A stretch of DNA of 35,265 nt. Source: a virus. Its lineage: Duplodnaviria > Heunggongvirae > Uroviricota > Caudoviricetes. The notes beneath the pieces are model-generated. The model had not been told where the DNA came from. It ran no database searches and was given only the letters and a program-made list of their open reading frames with translations. The stretch lies in the IMG/VR virus record IMGVR_UViG_2579778866_000006; one strand, written 5' to 3'. Both the position numbers and the translations under genes were made by a program. Shown in pieces: positions 18,085 through 26,751 of the stretch (position 1 is the stretch's first letter; every line of letters starts with the position of its first letter).

Positions 18085-18885
18085 TTAACCGCGCTTCGCC
18101 TTCTGCGTCGCGGTGGTTTTTCGTGTTGCAGGCTTCCGCGTTGTCTTTTTACTTTTGCTGCTTTCGTCCTGCGCCTGCTGTGCGCTGTCGTCTTCTGGTT
18201 CGGTTGCGGAATCGGCTTTTTTCAGGGCGCGGGAAAGGGTTGCAATCTCGCGTTTCACACCTGCGTTCGGGTTCAGGTGCATTGCTTCACGCAGCAGCTT
18301 CAGTGACAGGGCCATGCTGTCCGCATCGCTCAGGCCACGGCGGGCAAAGGCGCACGCCTTGCATAATTTGGCGCGCACTTCGTCCGGCATGTCCTGGTCG
18401 GTGACAATCTCCCGGAGGGTGTCCAGTGGTTCGATAAAGGCGGACAAATCCGCGTCGGCATCCGTCCCGGCCTGCGTCAGTACCGGATTGCAGATTTCTT
18501 CGGTCAGTACCGTGGCAGCAGTACGGCCAAAGTTATCCGGCATGATGAGGTTGTGACGGACCACATACGCACCAATACGCAGCGCAAGCGGAAGATCGCC
18601 GCAGTCAATCGCCCACACCATCAGCGTGGCAATCACTTCGTCCTGCTGCCCGCCGTCAGCCTCCAGCGTTCCCTCAATCCAGCCGGAAAAGTCCGGCAAC
18701 AACTCTTTTTTGATGGCGGCTTTCGCGCTTCTGGCCTGTACGCCCTTAAGCCGGGCCTGTGCCAGACGCAGACGATACAGCACCTCTTCATGCGCGGTAC
18801 GCGCGGCATGGTCCACGCCTTCATTCGCCCGGCCTGCGCGCTGTGCCATCACGTTCTGCCAGTGTTGCTGTGCAGGAGTAATCAT
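18085..18885 (-). CDS. M: Terminase small (endonuclease) subunit M
   Basis: 266 aa; position after the capsid gene in the P2 order O-N-M-L. Confidence 0.8.
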   Translation of the reverse strand: MITPAQQHWQNVMAQRAGRANEGVDHAARTAHEEVLYRLRLAQARLKGVQARSAKAAIKKELLPDFSGWIEGTLEADGGQQDEVIATLMVWAIDCGDLPLALRIGAYVVRHNLIMPDNFGRTAATVLTEEICNPVLTQAGTDADADLSAFIEPLDTLREIVTDQDMPDEVRAKLCKACAFARRGLSDADSMALSLKLLREAMHLNPNAGVKREIATLSRALKKADSATEPEDDSAQQAQDESSKSKKTTRKPATRKTTATQKAKRG

Positions 18886-18900
18886 TTTTTCTCTCCGTTA

Positions 18901-18923
18901 CAGGCGGGCATGATGCCCGCCGT
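18901..18923. other. Perfect 19-bp palindrome between capsid gene N and terminase gene M (potential RNA stem-loop)
   Basis: GGCGGGCATGATGCCCGCC lies between the N stop and the M ribosome-binding site; no clear T-tract follows. Confidence 0.5.
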
Positions 18924-18930
18924 GAGTTGA

Positions 18931-19983
18931 TTAGCTGTCGGCGAACTTCAGGCCAGTGACCATCGCGCACTTGCCATAGTCTTCAACGACATAAGCGTCA
19001 TTGATGGACTGGTAGGTGGCGATGCGGTTGTATTCCGGTTCGTCTTTCATCAGACGACGCATTGAACCTTTCTGCCAGTAAATCGACAGGTTGTTGAACG
19101 AGGTGATCAGCATCGTTGAATCCGGGAAGAACGGCGCAAGGAACACGCCCAGCCCGCCAATGGTGCGCGATGACAGAATGAGCTGCCCGGCGAGTAATTC
19201 CGCATTGGGATTCTGGCCGCTGATGCTGTTCAGCACGGGCAGACGCAGCGAGTTAAACAGGTTGCGCCCCATAATCACCACGAGGTCGTCAGCTTCCTTG
19301 TGCCATTCATCCAGCAGGGATGAGCGCGCGTCCTGTACCAGTGCATCAGCGTTCGCATACTTACCCGCGTGCGCCACGGTGTTGTCCATGTTACGGGAGG
19401 TCAGCGTCACGTCATTCATAACGCGTTCGCTGGCGTCGGTTCTGATGTGCTCCAGCCAGCCCACGTTAACGTCCTGAAGCAGCTTGTTGGTGCTGAAGTT
19501 AGACTCATCCGCGTGAGACGTGCCGTTGAAACCGATCATGATGCGGTCAAGTGCCACCTGTCGGGCAATCTGTGCGCTGATGCGGGACTGAAAATCAGGG
19601 TGTGCCGCCCAGGCATCAAGCTGCGGATATGAAATAAACGTGTCGTAGTTCACCTGTTCGCACTGGTATTTGCGGTTTTTCAGATCAACCACGTTATTCG
19701 GGTTACGGCGTTTTGTGCCGTCATAACTGGTATTCGTGCGCGCAATCGGCCCGGTGGTATCCAGGAGGATTTTTTCGCCTTTCTGGTCGGTCACGCCGAT
19801 CACGTTAATTCTTTTTGTAAATTCGGTGCTTTCCTTTGAGGCGTTTTCAAAACGCTGCTGTACCGAGGGTTCCACGGTAAATCGCGATACCAGTGCGGAA
19901 ACCGGGATATTGTTAAGCGACGCCTGCTGCGCCATATAGCAACCCAGCTTGTTGCGGGTAATATCTGACATCACCAGATTCAT
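18931..19983 (-). CDS. N: Major capsid protein N
   Basis: 350 aa; position and size as P2 N. Confidence 0.85.
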   Translation of the reverse strand: MNLVMSDITRNKLGCYMAQQASLNNIPVSALVSRFTVEPSVQQRFENASKESTEFTKRINVIGVTDQKGEKILLDTTGPIARTNTSYDGTKRRNPNNVVDLKNRKYQCEQVNYDTFISYPQLDAWAAHPDFQSRISAQIARQVALDRIMIGFNGTSHADESNFSTNKLLQDVNVGWLEHIRTDASERVMNDVTLTSRNMDNTVAHAGKYANADALVQDARSSLLDEWHKEADDLVVIMGRNLFNSLRLPVLNSISGQNPNAELLAGQLILSSRTIGGLGVFLAPFFPDSTMLITSFNNLSIYWQKGSMRRLMKDEPEYNRIATYQSINDAYVVEDYGKCAMVTGLKFADS

Positions 19984-20006
19984 AAAAAATTTGCTCCTTT
20001 GTCTTA

Positions 20007-20876
20007 TCAGAAGTCAGCCAGCTGGTCGGAGGCTGCGCCCGTTGCGGTGAACCGGTTCTGCGGATCGCCGTCCTGCGTGCGCAGTTTTTCCTTCAGTGCT
20101 GCCAGCTCTGTGGTCAGTGACGTAATTTTCTGGCGGTCCTGCTGATGGCGGGTTTCCAGTGCATTAAAACGGTCGATAATGTCGGCCTGTGACGTTGCGA
20201 CGCCTTCCACCGCTTCCTGAATGCGGGAGAAACTGGCGTCATCCGCTTTGCGGCCACGGCCAATAATCCCCATTACGCGGTTAAACCACTGGGTGCCTTC
20301 TTCCTGGCGTTGTTCTGCCATTTCGATGATTTCAGACTCGATGGCTTCGGAGATAAGCGGTGCTTCACCCTGGACACTGTTGAACGTCATCACCGCCTGA
20401 CGTTGCTGTGCCGTGAATTTCAGGCGCTCAGTGCCCAGGCTTGCCGGGGTGTCGGTCATCGCCAGCCCGACCAGATAGGCGCGCCCGTTAACGGAGAACT
20501 GCGGGTGCAGTTCGATACTGGAATAGATTTTCTTGCCGTCAGCGACAAGCTGCTTCATGCGCTCGGTCGGTTCGATTTCTGCATACAGCGCAGTACGTCC
20601 GGCCAGCGGGCCTTCCGTAATATCTTCCGTACTCAGCGCGGTGACATCGCCCATTGCGGAAAATTCGCTTGACGGGCATGGCGAGAGATAGTGCTCAACG
20701 TTCACGCGGGCAGCGTAAACATCCGGGTTGAAGTTCTCGGCGGCTTCACGCAGATGTACCGGACTGATTTCGCGGCCATCAACAGTTGATCCGGAGACAG
20801 CCACGCGAAACTTTTTGCGGGATGTCTTTTTTTCATTAGCCATAGTTTTTGCCCCTCTGACTGGTTCTTCAGTCAT
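20007..20876 (-). CDS. O: Capsid scaffolding protein O
   Basis: 289 aa; first gene of the head operon, divergent from P. Confidence 0.85.
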   Translation of the reverse strand: MTEEPVRGAKTMANEKKTSRKKFRVAVSGSTVDGREISPVHLREAAENFNPDVYAARVNVEHYLSPCPSSEFSAMGDVTALSTEDITEGPLAGRTALYAEIEPTERMKQLVADGKKIYSSIELHPQFSVNGRAYLVGLAMTDTPASLGTERLKFTAQQRQAVMTFNSVQGEAPLISEAIESEIIEMAEQRQEEGTQWFNRVMGIIGRGRKADDASFSRIQEAVEGVATSQADIIDRFNALETRHQQDRQKITSLTTELAALKEKLRTQDGDPQNRFTATGAASDQLADF

Positions 20877-20997
20877 GATGGCAAAGCGTAACAGGCTGAT
20901 ACAAAGGGCTTTTGTTGTAAGAAAACGGCCAGAACAGGGGGTTAAGGAGAACGGTTTCGCGCGCGGGTAATCTTCCTGTAATTACTCAGGGGGAGCA
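20877..20997. promoter_or_regulatory. Divergent late promoter region between O and P (expected Ogr-dependent promoters)
   Basis: 121-bp intergenic region between divergently transcribed head operon and terminase/portal operon; the position is equivalent to P2 PO/PP. No exact TGT-N12-ACA element was found by eye. Confidence 0.5.
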
Positions 20998-22749
20998 ATG
21001 ATTCAGGACGCTTTTGTGCGCCAGCGTGCGCGGCAACTTTACTGGCAGGGTTATCCGCCCGCAGAAATATCACGTCTGATGGGAATAAACCCGAACACGA
21101 TTTATGCGTGGAAAAAACGCGACCAGTGGGATGAAACGCCACCCGTGCAGCGTGTCACGCAGTCCATTGATGCGCGCCTCATCCAGCTTACTGAAAAACA
21201 GAATAAAACAGGCGGTGACTTTAAGGAAATAGACCTGCTGACCCGGCAGCTTAAAAAGCTGCATGATGGCCAGCCGGATGTGATGGCCGCAGGAAAGAAA
21301 GGCCGGGCGAAAAAACTCAAAAATCATTTCACGCCGGAACAGATTGCCGCACTGCGGGAAAAAATCATCAGCAGGCTGGAGTGGCATCAGCGGGGCTGGT
21401 TTGACTCCCTGACCCTTTGCAGGGAAGCCGGGATACGTAACAGGATGATCCTGAAATCCCGACAGATTGGGGCGACCTGGTATTTTGCACAGGAAGCACT
21501 GCTGATGGCGCTGCGTGACGATGTGGCGCAACCTTACCAGCGTAACCAGATTTTTTTGTCTGCGTCGCGTCGTCAGGCGTTCCAGTTTAAAAGCATTATT
21601 CAGAAGGCCGCGGCTGAAGTTGATGTGGAGCTGAAAGGGGGCGATAAAATCATCCTCTCCAACGGCGCAGAGCTGCATTTTCTCGGCACTTCTGCTGCGT
21701 CGGCACAGTCCTATACGGGCAATTTTTATTTTGATGAATTTTTCTGGGTCAGTCGCTTTGCTGAACTGCGCAAGGTGGCTGGCGCTATGGCAACCCTCAG
21801 CGGACTGCGGCGCACCTACTTCTCCACGCCATCCACCGAAACGCACGAGGCATACGCCTACTGGAACGGCGACCGCTGGAACGAGAAAAAGGCCTCGCAT
21901 AAACGCCAGCGTTTTTCTGTGGACTGGAAGACGCTGCATAACGGACTTATCTGCCCTGACCGGACATGGCGGCAGATTGTCACGCTGGAAGATGTGGTTA
22001 ATCACGGCTGGAAACACACCGATATTGACGAAATCCGTGATGAAAACACCGAAGACGAGTTCCTCAATCTCTACATGTGTGAGTTTGTCCGCGAAGGGGA
22101 ATCGGCATTTAACCTGAATATCCTGATTGGCTGCGGCGTTGACGGATACGACGACTGGAAAGACTGGAAACCTTTTGCTCCCCGCCCGATGGGAAATCGT
22201 CCGGTATGGATTGGGTATGACGCAAACGGCAGCAGTGGCAATGGCGACAGCGGCGCTGTGTCCGTGGTGGTTCCTCCGGCTGTTCCTGGTGGCCGTTTTC
22301 GAACGGTGGAGACGCGACGCGTTCAGGGGCTGGAGTTTGAAGAACAGGCCAGAGTCATTGAAGAGTTCACGTGTCGCTACAACGTGGAACACATCGGTAT
22401 TGATGTGACGGGCGGGAACGGGGAGGCTGTTTATCAGATAGTGAAACGGTTTTTCCCTGCTGCTATTCCGTACACCTTCACGCTGTCATCAAAACGGTCG
22501 CTGGTACTGAAAATGCTGCAAATAATGCGTGCCGGGCGGTGGGAATACGATCGCGCCGAACGCGAGCTGGTCGCGGCCTTTAACGCCGTGCGTAAGGTGA
22601 AAACACCGGGCGGCTTTATCACTTACGAAACGGACCGCGCGAGGGGGATCAGCCACGGCGACCTTGCGTGGGCAACCATGCTTGCTGTCATTAACGAACC
22701 GATTGGCGGCGAAGGAGAAAACGAGCGTTTCACGGTTATGGAGTTCTGA
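20998..22749 (+). CDS. P: Terminase large (ATPase) subunit P
   Basis: 583 aa; divergent from O and followed by the portal gene with overlapping stop/start, as in P2. Confidence 0.9.
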   Translation: MIQDAFVRQRARQLYWQGYPPAEISRLMGINPNTIYAWKKRDQWDETPPVQRVTQSIDARLIQLTEKQNKTGGDFKEIDLLTRQLKKLHDGQPDVMAAGKKGRAKKLKNHFTPEQIAALREKIISRLEWHQRGWFDSLTLCREAGIRNRMILKSRQIGATWYFAQEALLMALRDDVAQPYQRNQIFLSASRRQAFQFKSIIQKAAAEVDVELKGGDKIILSNGAELHFLGTSAASAQSYTGNFYFDEFFWVSRFAELRKVAGAMATLSGLRRTYFSTPSTETHEAYAYWNGDRWNEKKASHKRQRFSVDWKTLHNGLICPDRTWRQIVTLEDVVNHGWKHTDIDEIRDENTEDEFLNLYMCEFVREGESAFNLNILIGCGVDGYDDWKDWKPFAPRPMGNRPVWIGYDANGSSGNGDSGAVSVVVPPAVPGGRFRTVETRRVQGLEFEEQARVIEEFTCRYNVEHIGIDVTGGNGEAVYQIVKRFFPAAIPYTFTLSSKRSLVLKMLQIMRAGRWEYDRAERELVAAFNAVRKVKTPGGFITYETDRARGISHGDLAWATMLAVINEPIGGEGENERFTVMEF

Positions 22750-23795
22750 TGAGCAGAAAAAATAAAAAAGTGCGCATGAGTTCACGCATTGATCTCGCTG
22801 ATGCGCTCAGGAAAGAATCATCGCTCAGTGCATTCACATTTGATGGTCCTTATCGCCTGACCGGGCATGACCTGCTGGACAATATGTACTGTGCTGATAA
22901 CGGGCGGTGGTATGAAACCCCGGTGGACTGGTACGGTCTGGCAAGAGCTGCCCGGCAAACGTCCTGGCATCAGTCTGCGCTTTACTTTAAGCGTAATGTA
23001 TTGCTCGGCTGCTATATTCCGCATCCGCTGCTTTCCCGGCAGGATTTCTCGGCGCTGGCGCTGGACTGGTTTGTGTTCGGTAACGCATTCCTTGAGCTTC
23101 GGAGCAATATGCTCGGCGAACCGCTTAAATTACGGCACGCCCTGGCGAAATACATGCGACGCGGAAGCGATCTTGAATCATGGTGGTATGTGCAGGATGG
23201 CAAGGACGCGTTTCAGTTTCGCCCTGGCAAAGTGTGCCACCTGATGAATCCTGACATTAACCAGGAAATCTACGGCATGCCGGAATATCTCGGCGCATTA
23301 CTCTCGGCCAGCCTGTCTCATTCGGCGGACATGTTCAGAAAACTGTATTACGACAACGGATCCCACGCCGGGTGTATCATCTACATCGGTGCAGCGCAGG
23401 TAAACCGCGAAAGCATGGACTCCCTGAAAGAAACGCTACAGGGTGCACGTGGTGGTGGTGCGTTTAAAAACGTGCTCATTCATGCGCCCAACGGGGGCAA
23501 AGAAGGTGTGCAAATTTTGCCGTTCCAGCAGATCACCGCAAAGGATGAGTTCATGAATGTTAAGGCGGCATCCCGTGATGATGTGCTGGCTGCGCACCGC
23601 GTTCCGCCGCAACTGATGGGGGCGATGCCGGGTGAAAAAAGTGCGTTTGGTGATGTGGAAAAGGCCGCGCGGGTTTACGCAATTAACGAGCTGATGCCCG
23701 TTATGGAGGCCATGAAGCACATCAATGACTGGCTTGGCGAAGAGGTGATCCGTTTTAATTCTTATGCTCTTCTTGATGAAAAAACAGCCCCGTGA
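22749..23795 (+). CDS. Q: Portal protein Q
   Basis: 348 aa; immediately follows P; size matches P2 Q. Confidence 0.9.
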   Translation: MSRKNKKVRMSSRIDLADALRKESSLSAFTFDGPYRLTGHDLLDNMYCADNGRWYETPVDWYGLARAARQTSWHQSALYFKRNVLLGCYIPHPLLSRQDFSALALDWFVFGNAFLELRSNMLGEPLKLRHALAKYMRRGSDLESWWYVQDGKDAFQFRPGKVCHLMNPDINQEIYGMPEYLGALLSASLSHSADMFRKLYYDNGSHAGCIIYIGAAQVNRESMDSLKETLQGARGGGAFKNVLIHAPNGGKEGVQILPFQQITAKDEFMNVKAASRDDVLAAHRVPPQLMGAMPGEKSAFGDVEKAARVYAINELMPVMEAMKHINDWLGEEVIRFNSYALLDEKTAP

Positions 23796-23815
23796 TGGGG
23801 CTGTCCTTTTTACCA
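23781..23815. terminator. Bidirectional terminator shared by convergent Q and the 175-aa cargo gene
   Basis: Stem cagcccc / ggggctg with 5-nt loop, flanked by an A-run and a T-run. Confidence 0.65.
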
Positions 23816-24335
23816 GAGTTGAACCATTTTCTGGGTGCCGTCAGGCTTGAGATTATCAATTTCAGAGAGAACGTAATATTGAATGGCTTCACAAACGGTG
23901 GTGTATGGTGAATTACCTTCTTTAAGTGGCACGATATTATTATTAACGCGAACCTGTATTTCATCGTTATACATTGCGATCGAAAGAGGAGTATGCACGA
24001 AGGCGACTTCGCCAGGTGTGTCGTCAACCACTGTCTCAATGCTGAAAATCAGTTTTCGCTCATCATTGCCGCCCCTTGCTTTGGGGGTAGCGGCAGGAAT
24101 CTGAGATAAAGGCATTCTGCGAAACCCTTCAGCCGTTTCCAGTCCGCATGAAACGTAATGCTGGCGATTACCGTCGCTATCCGTCCATGTCTGTGATGGC
24201 AGCTCCAGAGAGATTTCATAAGCATCAACAATTCCCTGGGCAATGCGTACAAGCGGGGTCAGGTCTTCATTGCGGCGAAAACTCTCCTTTACCTGATCTC
24301 GTTTTTCTCGTAACTGCTTGTAATTAATGACCATA
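23810..24335 (-). CDS. Hypothetical protein (175 aa), cargo gene at the Q-proximal accessory hotspot
   Basis: Start placed at the ATG (MVINYKQL) preceded by GGAGG with a 7-nt spacer; no similarity to anything I recognise. Confidence 0.6.
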
Positions 24336-24832
24336 GAACAGCCTCCATTGATTTCTTTGCTCGTATTTTGCACTTATGAAGTGTGGTCGGCAAGGTGCCG
24401 CATCACTGACGCGCTTCGCTTGTCTGCTGCTTCGCCGGGGCATAAAAAATTTATGCCCCGACTCTCCAGCTCCTGTATCAATCAGATAATTTCGCGACGT
24501 CTTCCGACTTATCGCTATCATCGACGGCCAGACTCTTACACAATCCCGCCGCGCTGACTGCATGTTCTCGCCGCCTCAGTGCGATTTTGACGGCCTTACC
24601 TTTCATCCCATCAAATCAGAACACCTTACGTCTTTTTCACGCTCAGCGTGAGCGATACAGCCATTCTGTTGTGTCGCTGCGACATCGTTCAGGGAATGCT
24701 ATTTACCCCCTGAAACGCGGGCTGTTCCCCCGTCACCTGCGCGCAGAAAAAACGCGTTTTTTTGTGCACGCACGGATCCCTGACGGATCCAGCCGCCACG
24801 CGGGCCGGAAGGGCAAAAAGTCGTTCAAAAAA

Positions 24833-24862
24833 ATTGTGCAAATTTGTGCACTATTGTGCATT
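24833..24862. repeat. Three helically phased direct repeats of TTGTGCA (10-bp period)
   Basis: attgtgcaaatttgtgcactattgtgcattg in the non-coding region downstream of the 135-aa gene. Confidence 0.5.
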
Positions 24863-24893
24863 GAAATAAACGCTCTGGAGGAGGGCGTTTTAC

Positions 24894-25301
24894 TTATCTT
24901 TTATAGCCTTGCCCCTTCCTGGCCAGCGCCCTGATGGCCGGGCGTGCCAACACCATATTTTGGCAATGATGAATTGCCCGGCAAAATTCATCTCTACCCA
25001 TTGGATGCTCAACTGGCAATGTTAAATACAGGTTCCATGCGTCGCCTAAAAGTTGGGCTATCTTTTGTTCTTCAGATGTCAGCAAGCAAGCGGTATCCGT
25101 AAAATAATCATACTTTTCATGTATGTTATTTAACGGTTTTGTCTGTAGTGCAGCCTGAGCTATACGGTATGCCTGAAGCATACGGGCGTCGTTGATATCC
25201 ATTCCGAACGGAATTTCTGATGATTGTGACTCTGCATCTTCAAGCCTGGCAATTTCTTTACGTAAGAAGTATTTCAACTCTTGTTTCTGTTTTCTGTTCA
25301 T
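24894..25301 (-). CDS. Hypothetical protein (135 aa), cargo gene
   Basis: ORF on the same strand as A/parMR, with a ribosome-binding site; followed by a terminator-like hairpin; no recognisable domain. Confidence 0.55.
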   Translation of the reverse strand: MNRKQKQELKYFLRKEIARLEDAESQSSEIPFGMDINDARMLQAYRIAQAALQTKPLNNIHEKYDYFTDTACLLTSEEQKIAQLLGDAWNLYLTLPVEHPMGRDEFCRAIHHCQNMVLARPAIRALARKGQGYKR

Positions 25302-25369
25302 GCTTTTTTTCCTTTTTCTCTGTCAATGTGTTGCATTGTGTCCCCCTTGTTTATGTTCCCGGATTAAAG

Positions 25370-25394
25370 TCATCAGGGCGGATGCGCCCTGATG
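25370..25394 (-). terminator. Hairpin directly downstream of the parR-like gene
   Basis: Stem catcagggcg / cgccctgatg with 3-nt loop; weak T-tract. Confidence 0.4.
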
Positions 25395-25399
25395 TTGTG

Positions 25400-25711
25400 T
25401 TATTCGGGAAATAACGCCCGGATATTTCCGGCCATCTGACTGGTTATCTGTGCGGTTGATACTGGCTGTGACGCGGGGCATTCTGTCCTGGTTTGTGTCA
25501 CTGATAACGCCTCATCGTCAGCCCATGCAGCCAGTCGGTAAGCCTCTGCCGGATTCATTTTCAGAAGTGCCAGCCCGGCCAGAAAAGCCACGCGTTGGCC
25601 GCTTTTGCGGGCTTCTGGTGTAAGGCTGTCCAGCCAGGCGCATGCTTCGCTTTCGTTCTTGACGGCCGCAGGCTTCAGATAGAAACTTATCCGTCTGGTT
25701 GGTGTCGTCAT
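25400..25711 (-). CDS. ParR-like small protein downstream of parM (putative centromere-binding adaptor)
   Basis: ATG (MTTPTRR) lies 4 nt after the parM stop, with AGGAG overlapping that stop; about 103 aa. Assignment rests on position and size only. Confidence 0.45.
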   Translation of the reverse strand: MTTPTRRISFYLKPAAVKNESEACAWLDSLTPEARKSGQRVAFLAGLALLKMNPAEAYRLAAWADDEALSVTQTRTECPASQPVSTAQITSQMAGNIRALFPE

Positions 25712-25715
25712 TGGT

Positions 25716-26675
25716 TTACTCCTTGTCCATTGCGTACAGCCCATTAACCAGAGCAAACTGTGGCACCCCGTCCGCGATGAAAGTCGCATTAACTCCGCAG
25801 GCTTCGCGGATAGCGGGTGCCACAATCTCCGTCCCGCCACCGACAACCATCACCCGCCCGTAACCCGAAAAACCCGCCAGCGCGCGGATCACGCGTTGTT
25901 TCAGTGTTTCTTCCTTTTCACGAATAACCGCCATCAGGCTGGCGTAATGCGCGTCATTGTGGATGTGCTGGCGCAGCCAGGCTTCATCATGGCGATGTTC
26001 GATAATGGTATTGGCGATGTGGTGACTGGTGCGCATACCGTTAGTGGCCATCACCGACAGTACGGCATCGGCCATCAGAGAAACGCCTACGTGTGGATCG
26101 CAAAACACCTGGCTGATACCTGCCAGTTGCCCCTGAACCTTTGCCACATCCAGCGTGGTTCCGCCCAAATCCACAATCAGCAGGGATTCAAACGGACTCA
26201 TGTCAGCCAGTGCTTTAAAGCCAGCCGGAATAGATTCAGGCATAACCCGCACGTTACGGATAGTGAATGCCTCGCCGTTCTGGTACTCCACCGGGCGCAT
26301 AACGTTCGCTTTTTTGCGGTTGATGTTGGCCATGTCCGGCTGTGCGTTTGTGTCGAAATACTCGCTCAGTGGCAGGGTGACAACCACATCCACCTCCTGT
26401 GGCGTGATGCCTGATTTGACCAGCGCATGATGAATGGCAATGACATTCACATCGCTGTACTGGTATTGCGTGTCGGTCGTCTGGACAAAGCGATCGCTGA
26501 CCGGATCAAAACCATAGCGCACGCCATCAAGCATGTAGTTCGCGGGCTGCGTGCCACCGAACGGCGCAGACCATTCCGACTTGAAGCTGTTCGGGCTGAT
26601 GGCGTTGCGGCGTTCGCCGTTCTCAGTCCATGCCAGCTTGATGTTGGTGGAGCCGTCGTCGATACAAATTTTCAT
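25716..26675 (-). CDS. parM: ParM/StbA-family actin-like ATPase (plasmid segregation protein homologue)
   Basis: 319 aa; strong resemblance along the whole length to plasmid R1 ParM (IDDGSTNIKL, SPNSFK, QYSDVNV.A.HHAL, ANF/ANV, VMPESIPAG, LLI.DLGGTTLD, FSGY..VMV.GGG, LVNG.Y). Confidence 0.85.
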   Translation of the reverse strand: MKICIDDGSTNIKLAWTENGERRNAISPNSFKSEWSAPFGGTQPANYMLDGVRYGFDPVSDRFVQTTDTQYQYSDVNVIAIHHALVKSGITPQEVDVVVTLPLSEYFDTNAQPDMANINRKKANVMRPVEYQNGEAFTIRNVRVMPESIPAGFKALADMSPFESLLIVDLGGTTLDVAKVQGQLAGISQVFCDPHVGVSLMADAVLSVMATNGMRTSHHIANTIIEHRHDEAWLRQHIHNDAHYASLMAVIREKEETLKQRVIRALAGFSGYGRVMVVGGGTEIVAPAIREACGVNATFIADGVPQFALVNGLYAMDKE

Positions 26676-26751
26676 GTCGCTTTTCCTTATGTTGATTAAT
26701 TAATCGTTTACAGGATTTTTAAATCCCACTTTTGCCTGTTTTGTGCGCGCT

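Noticed and set aside
21070-22392. 440-aa minus-strand ORF antisense to terminase gene P
   Set aside because: Lies entirely inside the strongly supported terminase ORF on the opposite strand; no protein-like features.
23796-24900. P2-type cos site (19-nt cohesive end GGCGAGGCGGGGAAAGCAC as I recall it)
   Set aside because: No convincing match found by eye, although this is where cos is expected; left as a hypothesis within the non-coding hub finding.
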